In this document: in pieces, positions 58,773 to 64,000 of the stretch
Numbering within the stretch: position 1 is the first letter of the stretch
Layout of the letters: every line of letters starts with the position of its first letter
IMG/VR virus record: IMGVR_UViG_3300031787_008284
Length of the DNA: 64,000 nt
Reading direction: 5' to 3' (one strand)
Origin: an uncultured virus (IMG/VR IMGVR_UViG_3300031787_008284)
Lineage: Duplodnaviria > Heunggongvirae > Uroviricota > Caudoviricetes
Translations under genes and position numbers: made by a program
Notes under the pieces: generated by a model
What the model was told of the DNA's origin: nothing
The model's input: the letters and a program-made list of their open reading frames with translations, nothing else
Database searches by the model: none

Positions 58773-60059
58773 TTAATGTGTTATATCATCAGTTTCGGTA
58801 AGGCGCATGTTATCATAGTTTATATTAAATCTGCATCGGCTGCCTTTTCCTTGACCATCACGAATTTTTAGAACCTTTAACCAATACTCACGATTTGCAT
58901 GCATCATACTATCTTGAATAAGAGCATACATTACATCGGCGGTATGGGCAAGACCTGCAGATTCAGCAATGTTTTCCATTTTAATTTCAGTTGAATCCCA
59001 GGCACCACGATTAAGCTGTGTTGCAGAGATTACTAACATATCTCTCTTTACTGCCAATGCCCTAAGATCTTCAGCGATTTGCTTAATCTTCATATAGGTA
59101 TTTTCAGTATTAGGATTGCGATAGTTAGATAAAATGTTAATGTAGTCAACTACCAAAACATTAACTTTATGATCTTGTGATTCTTGTAATTCTTTAAGAT
59201 AGGCTTCTATATCAAGAACAGAACCTTGTGATGTTGGAAATTCCTTAATAAAAAGTTTTCCTGGTGGTAATAAACCGCGAGATATCTTTTCTAATCGGCG
59301 TTTCATAAAATCACGATTAACTGATTTTTGATCATACTCCATCATAGGAATATCTAAAAGGTTAGCACCAATTCTTTTAAGAACTTTTTGTGCAGACATT
59401 TCAGCAGTAATGAATACTACATTATGACCCATCCTTACAAAGTTAGCAGCATCATTTGCCAACCAAATAGACTTACCTACGTTTTGTTCACCTGCATATA
59501 TTACTAATGATTTAGGATCATAACCACCACCTGATACATTATCAATAAAAGTCCAACCTGTTTCTAGTTTCTTATTCTTTCGCTGTATGTGATGTTCAGG
59601 ATTAAAGAAGTCTAAACCTATATCAGAATCAAAACTTAATGAACCTTCTCCTGATATCATACCAATTGCTCTGGTTACAATATCTTCAACATTATCAGGT
59701 GATACATCTTGTGTTTTTACATATTCAATTGTTTTAACCAATTGCTTATCAAAATGTTTCCATTTAATCCATGATTCACTGGTTCTTTTTATCCAATCCT
59801 GATCATACTCATTAATGTTTATTGAATAAACCGCAGAAACGATTTCATCGGAAATTTCATTAGGATCATCTTTAACTAAAGCTTTCATTTGATCCTTTGA
59901 TGGACTTTCTCCAAATTTGGTATGAAAATCTTTTGCTAATTTTGCAAGATGATCTACATCACTATTAGAAAAGAAACCTGGTTTTACCGACTTAAGGTAA
60001 TGAGGCTTATTTATAAAATAGTTAAAGAATATTTTTTCGTGATCTACGCCTGAATACAT
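58773..60059 (-). CDS. Replicative DNA helicase (gp41/DnaB-like)
   Basis: GEQNVGKS, ITAEM, VVDYIN, SATQLNR, AESAG, KIRDG. Confidence 0.95.
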   Translation of the reverse strand: MYSGVDHEKIFFNYFINKPHYLKSVKPGFFSNSDVDHLAKLAKDFHTKFGESPSKDQMKALVKDDPNEISDEIVSAVYSININEYDQDWIKRTSESWIKWKHFDKQLVKTIEYVKTQDVSPDNVEDIVTRAIGMISGEGSLSFDSDIGLDFFNPEHHIQRKNKKLETGWTFIDNVSGGGYDPKSLVIYAGEQNVGKSIWLANDAANFVRMGHNVVFITAEMSAQKVLKRIGANLLDIPMMEYDQKSVNRDFMKRRLEKISRGLLPPGKLFIKEFPTSQGSVLDIEAYLKELQESQDHKVNVLVVDYINILSNYRNPNTENTYMKIKQIAEDLRALAVKRDMLVISATQLNRGAWDSTEIKMENIAESAGLAHTADVMYALIQDSMMHANREYWLKVLKIRDGQGKGSRCRFNINYDNMRLTETDDITH

Positions 60060-60092
60060 GTTTATTTTTTTATGAAAATAGTTGACTTAGTT

Positions 60093-60392
60093 TTATTCAT
60101 AAGGATTTTTAAGTACCTCGTATGTTACATATGCCGAGGTGGAATTAACTTCTCCTAAAATTTTATCTGCAACTAATCTCTCTATTATAGTGGAGGTCTG
60201 TTCTTCGGTTAAACTGTATTTCTTTTGTAAAGAAACATTAGTGAATTTAATCTCCTTTGCAACTTTACCACAATAATCTCTAATTAATTCAAAGATTACA
60301 TCTTCAGGATCGGGATATCCTGATAATGCCGTGTGATTGCCTAATACATACTTAACCTTAAGTTTAGCAGTATTAAGCGTTTTCTTCAGCAT
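60093..60392 (-). CDS. Hypothetical protein
   Basis: 99-aa ORF between uvsX and helicase. Confidence 0.65.
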   Translation of the reverse strand: MLKKTLNTAKLKVKYVLGNHTALSGYPDPEDVIFELIRDYCGKVAKEIKFTNVSLQKKYSLTEEQTSTIIERLVADKILGEVNSTSAYVTYEVLKNPYE

Positions 60393-61572
60393 GTTCAGAA
60401 AGAATTTCAGTTAGGTTACCAAGATCTACATCATCAGTTCCATAACAGAACTTAGCATTAACAATAGGTTCTAAACGATCAAGAACATCTTGTGTGATTA
60501 CTCTAGGCGTAAATAATTCATTTAGTTCAACTAGGTCATTAAGATGGGCAACTGCTAATTTACGAGCGGTTGCTGAAGGTTGAAAATAAACGGTTACTTC
60601 TTTACCGTCTCTGTTATAAATATGTTGACGACATTCAGTTTTACCTGCTTCAGTTAGTTTTTCATATTGACCTTCTGTAATGAATCTTCCTTTTTCAATA
60701 CCGCAATTATCCCAACTAATATATTCCTCTAATCCAATATAAGGATTCATTCCTTTACTAAATGAAATGTGGAATTTAATTGGAGAAGGTTTTGCAAAAC
60801 GGTTCTTATTAGGTTTAGCAGTTACAACAATACCAGTTTGTTCTGTACCTTCTTTAAGTTTTGCCTTACCTAAGAAAAGAATGATTGATGCAGCATATTC
60901 CGGACCGGTACCACCACCTGAAACCGTTTGTGAAAATAGGTCTTGTGTTTGGTATGTGTGGTTAGTGAATAAGAAAGGAATCTTACAGATACCTAATTTA
61001 GTCATAAGAATACGAAATGCAGATTTCAATAATTTAGCACGGGTCATATCTGCTTTATCAGATCCACTCTTGGCATCATCAATTTCTTTTTGTGTAGCAA
61101 GGTTACCGGCAGAATCCAATGCAATAAGAATCTTTGGTAATTCTACTCCTTTACTTTTTTGTTCAATTAATAGGTCAGTTAATGCAGTTACCGAACTTCT
61201 AAATTCTTGAACAGTATTACACGGTTCATAGCGGAATTTTGAAGGATCAATTCCAAACTTTTCAACTAGGTCACGATCTACTGCATTTTCAGAATCGTAA
61301 AATACAATACTATAACCCATAAGTTGAGCCTGTTTAATTGCATTAAGAAGAAGGAATGTTTTTCCAGTTCCTGATGGTCCGGCTAATGCAACTGCTCTGT
61401 TATTAGGATATCCGCCACTAAAGGAGCCGGTTAAACATGCATTAAGATTAAAATTGCCAGTTGGGATGAAGTGATCAATTTCTGATACTGTTGATTTATC
61501 AAGAGTGTCTCCATACTGAGAGTGTTTTGACATTTCCTTGTTTAAATCGTCGAATGAAAATTCTTTACTCAT
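60373..61572 (-). CDS. uvsX: RecA-like recombinase
   Basis: GPSGTGKT, YDSENA, LDSAGNL, FTNHTY, GGGTG, KNRF. Confidence 0.93.
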   Translation of the reverse strand: MSKEFSFDDLNKEMSKHSQYGDTLDKSTVSEIDHFIPTGNFNLNACLTGSFSGGYPNNRAVALAGPSGTGKTFLLLNAIKQAQLMGYSIVFYDSENAVDRDLVEKFGIDPSKFRYEPCNTVQEFRSSVTALTDLLIEQKSKGVELPKILIALDSAGNLATQKEIDDAKSGSDKADMTRAKLLKSAFRILMTKLGICKIPFLFTNHTYQTQDLFSQTVSGGGTGPEYAASIILFLGKAKLKEGTEQTGIVVTAKPNKNRFAKPSPIKFHISFSKGMNPYIGLEEYISWDNCGIEKGRFITEGQYEKLTEAGKTECRQHIYNRDGKEVTVYFQPSATARKLAVAHLNDLVELNELFTPRVITQDVLDRLEPIVNAKFCYGTDDVDLGNLTEILSEHAEENA

Positions 61573-61595
61573 ATTCTTTTATTTTTATATGCAAA

Positions 61596-62501
61596 TTACT
61601 TACTATTGTTTAATAAAAATTTATCCTTAAAGATAGTCTTCCAATATTGATTAACAACATTATCCCAATTAAGTTCCTTAGTTATTTCATCATATACTTC
61701 TTCTGTATATTTTTTAAGTTTATCTGGATTAAGATTAAAATCTTTTATGATACTTACCGCTTCTTCAACGGTTTCAAATGTTTTAATACTCTTAAATTTA
61801 TTTGCAAATCCTGTTTTAGTTGATAATACAGGAATTTTACAAAATGCGGCTTCAGCTATTCCATAAGGTCCTCTATCATTAGTACTTGTACAAATATACA
61901 TATCAATATCATTATACATAGTCCGAGATTCGCCTAAGTCTTTACCATGAATAAATACCGCATCACCACCAATACCTTTTGCAATGTTAACTAACATATG
62001 AGGTCTTTTTATCTGATCCCAACCAGGATTTATGAAAGGGGCTCCATTAAGACCTACTTTATTAATCTTTGTTACTTTGCGATTAGGAATAAATTCTTTG
62101 GAATCAACGCCAGCTATTATAAGAGAGGAGTCCAGATTATACTGTTCTTTAAGTACTTTTTGCAAGTCTTCGCCAGCAGAACACCAGGTAATACCTTCTC
62201 TAGGTATAATATTTTCTCTAAAATGAGAACTAAGATTTGGGATAGACCATATTGCACATACCATTTTTTGATATGCTTCTTTAGGAAGTCCTTCTATAGC
62301 AGATAGTGTGCCATTACCTAATATAATATCAAATTCTTTCCACCCACCATCTCTCCAAAGATAATTAACATGGTCTGAATTAGACCAGTTAAAATGAACA
62401 AATTCATACTCGTCAGATAAAGCATTACCTAGACCAGTATGAATTCGTCCTATAGCCCAACCGGGCTCATTATATGTTGCTATTCTGGTTTTTTTTTCCC
62501 T
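61596..62501 (-). CDS. GT-B glycosyltransferase domain lacking its own N-terminal start codon
   Basis: Frame open from 62501 (REKKTRIATYNEPGWAIGRIH...), first ATG only at 62264; C-terminal IDMYICTS...GPYGIAEAAFCKIPVLST. Confidence 0.75.
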   Translation of the reverse strand, partial: REKKTRIATYNEPGWAIGRIHTGLGNALSDEYEFVHFNWSNSDHVNYLWRDGGWKEFDIILGNGTLSAIEGLPKEAYQKMVCAIWSIPNLSSHFRENIIPREGITWCSAGEDLQKVLKEQYNLDSSLIIAGVDSKEFIPNRKVTKINKVGLNGAPFINPGWDQIKRPHMLVNIAKGIGGDAVFIHGKDLGESRTMYNDIDMYICTSTNDRGPYGIAEAAFCKIPVLSTKTGFANKFKSIKTFETVEEAVSIIKDFNLNPDKLKKYTEEVYDEITKELNWDNVVNQYWKTIFKDKFLLNNSK

Positions 62502-63661
62502 CTATTAGTAGAATACATTTTTTCAACCCATTTTTTAGTATATAATTCTGGATCTTCTATTGTGTACCAACCTTTATCTAGTGTTACATATAAGGCTTCT
62601 CTAAAATATTTTTCATATTTTGGAGCAATTGCCTCAAGAGAGAAGTTTTCGCCATGCTTACGGCAATCGATAGATTTAATTTTACCAGCTTGGCAATCGC
62701 GAGCGGCTTTAACAAAATCTTCAAAAGAACGGCAGCGATATCCAGTTACACCATGAATATTATTTTCAGCAAATGCACCCCAATCAGTCGTAATTGTTGG
62801 AGTACCACATAATAGGTTTTCAATTTGAACTCCACCAAAAGGTTCAACATACATTGAAGGTAAGAATGATGCAATTGCGCCTTTCATTAAATTCTTTCTC
62901 TGTTCTGCATCAACATATCCAATGAATTCAACGTGTTTAGGCCACGGATTCTTTGTATAAAATTCATCACCAATTTGTCCGGCTATTTTAAGCTTTGCTC
63001 CAATTGCCTCGGTTGCCTGGATTGCAATATTAACACCTTTACCATCATATACACGGCCTACATAAAGGAAGTAGTCTTCTTTCTTTGTTGAATATTCAAA
63101 TTCGTCAAGATCAAAATAATTAGGAATAACCTGGTCATACCAGCTCTGACGACACATACTTACATTACCTAAACCGCAGTACGCATGGTAAATTGCATAT
63201 GATTCAAAGATCTTAAATACTGACCACATACCACCTGCATATCCAATGCCTGGTTCAATAATACATAAATCAGGGTGGGCATCACAGATAGGACGAACAC
63301 CAGATCCCCAGAAAGGCAAAATAATATCACCGGGTTGTTTTCTCTTTTCTATTTCTTGAATAGCATTTTTATAAAATGTTTGATATGCTTCATCCTGTGT
63401 ATCATACTTAAATAAATGAGTCTTATAATCATGACTTCCATAAACCTTTTCCCAAACATCATTTGTAATTACTGTGATGTTTTCATTTGCATCCGGGTTA
63501 GAATCTTCATGACCATAATGCATTAAGTAATGTCCTCGTGATTTCATCATTTTACAAAACTTCCATGCCTTTTGTGTATAGGCACAAGCAGTAAAATCTT
63601 TAGTTGTTTTAGTATGAGGTAAACCTAAAACGTGTATTCTGAACTTTTTGTCTTTTTCCAT
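62480..63661 (-). CDS. GT-B (GT4-like) glycosyltransferase
   Basis: YFLYVGRVYDGKG, EPFGGVQIENLLCGTPTITTDWGAF. Confidence 0.9.
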   Translation of the reverse strand: MEKDKKFRIHVLGLPHTKTTKDFTACAYTQKAWKFCKMMKSRGHYLMHYGHEDSNPDANENITVITNDVWEKVYGSHDYKTHLFKYDTQDEAYQTFYKNAIQEIEKRKQPGDIILPFWGSGVRPICDAHPDLCIIEPGIGYAGGMWSVFKIFESYAIYHAYCGLGNVSMCRQSWYDQVIPNYFDLDEFEYSTKKEDYFLYVGRVYDGKGVNIAIQATEAIGAKLKIAGQIGDEFYTKNPWPKHVEFIGYVDAEQRKNLMKGAIASFLPSMYVEPFGGVQIENLLCGTPTITTDWGAFAENNIHGVTGYRCRSFEDFVKAARDCQAGKIKSIDCRKHGENFSLEAIAPKYEKYFREALYVTLDKGWYTIEDPELYTKKWVEKMYSTNRGKKKPE

Positions 63662-63674
63662 ATTTTATTTATTT

Positions 63675-64000
63675 TTAGAATAAACTCGTTGTATAAATAA
63701 GATTTCTATTAAATCCCTTAAATCCCATTGCAGTTACTACTCTATTTATTGGATCTAAAATTGTCTTTTCAAATTGTACATCATAATCTACTTGAGGTGA
63801 AAATTCATAAGGATATTCGCCCGGAGTATATGCAAATACATCACATGATTTATCAGTAGAAAAGTACATTTTTAATTTTTCACCGTTTCCTAAAGGCTTA
63901 TACTTTCCTTTAAGTTTATTGTTATTATTCAAAAGGTAATTATGATAACCTGCAGCCCTTACACCTATTGGGCATTTAGAACCAATTTCAAATTGATCAT
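63675..64000 (-). CDS. Family B DNA polymerase (gp43-like), C-terminal fragment
   Basis: Frame open to the window edge: KCPIGVRAAGYHNYLL...GEKLK...DYDVQFEKTILDPINR. Confidence 0.85.
   Translation of the reverse strand, partial: DQFEIGSKCPIGVRAAGYHNYLLNNNNKLKGKYKPLGNGEKLKMYFSTDKSCDVFAYTPGEYPYEFSPQVDYDVQFEKTILDPINRVVTAMGFKGFNRNLIYTTSLF

Overview
A 64-kb segment of an AT-rich, T4-like (myovirus) jumbo phage genome. Almost all genes lie on the minus strand. The host is most likely a Bacteroidota bacterium (GE-type tmRNA resume codons, A-rich leaders without Shine-Dalgarno sequences, boxA variant GTTCTTTRACATATTG). The window holds: lysis and accessory genes; a T4 gp42-like dCMP-modifying enzyme with nucleotide kinases; type II topoisomerase; 22 tRNAs covering all 20 amino acids plus tmRNA; tail (tape measure, tube, sheath), terminase and head (capsid, protease-scaffold, portal) genes; two sigma factors; gp46/47, helicase, UvsX, glycosyltransferases and the C-terminus of a family B DNA polymerase. 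The main finding lies directly upstream of the main tRNA array. An unannotated 31-codon leader ORF contains all 20 amino acids (19 in the first 22 codons). Its 3' end can pair with the 5' arm of an intrinsic terminator, the layout of a ribosome-coupled attenuator that could turn on the tRNA array when translation stalls for lack of almost any tRNA. Other findings: two armless tRNA-like RNAs and further structured RNAs in the array spacers, rrn-type boxA sites, three promoter classes, a glycosyltransferase split at an A9 tract, and an ATP-grasp enzyme with a capsid-targeting-like N-terminus. All calls come from motif recognition by eye; no database searches or folding programs were run.
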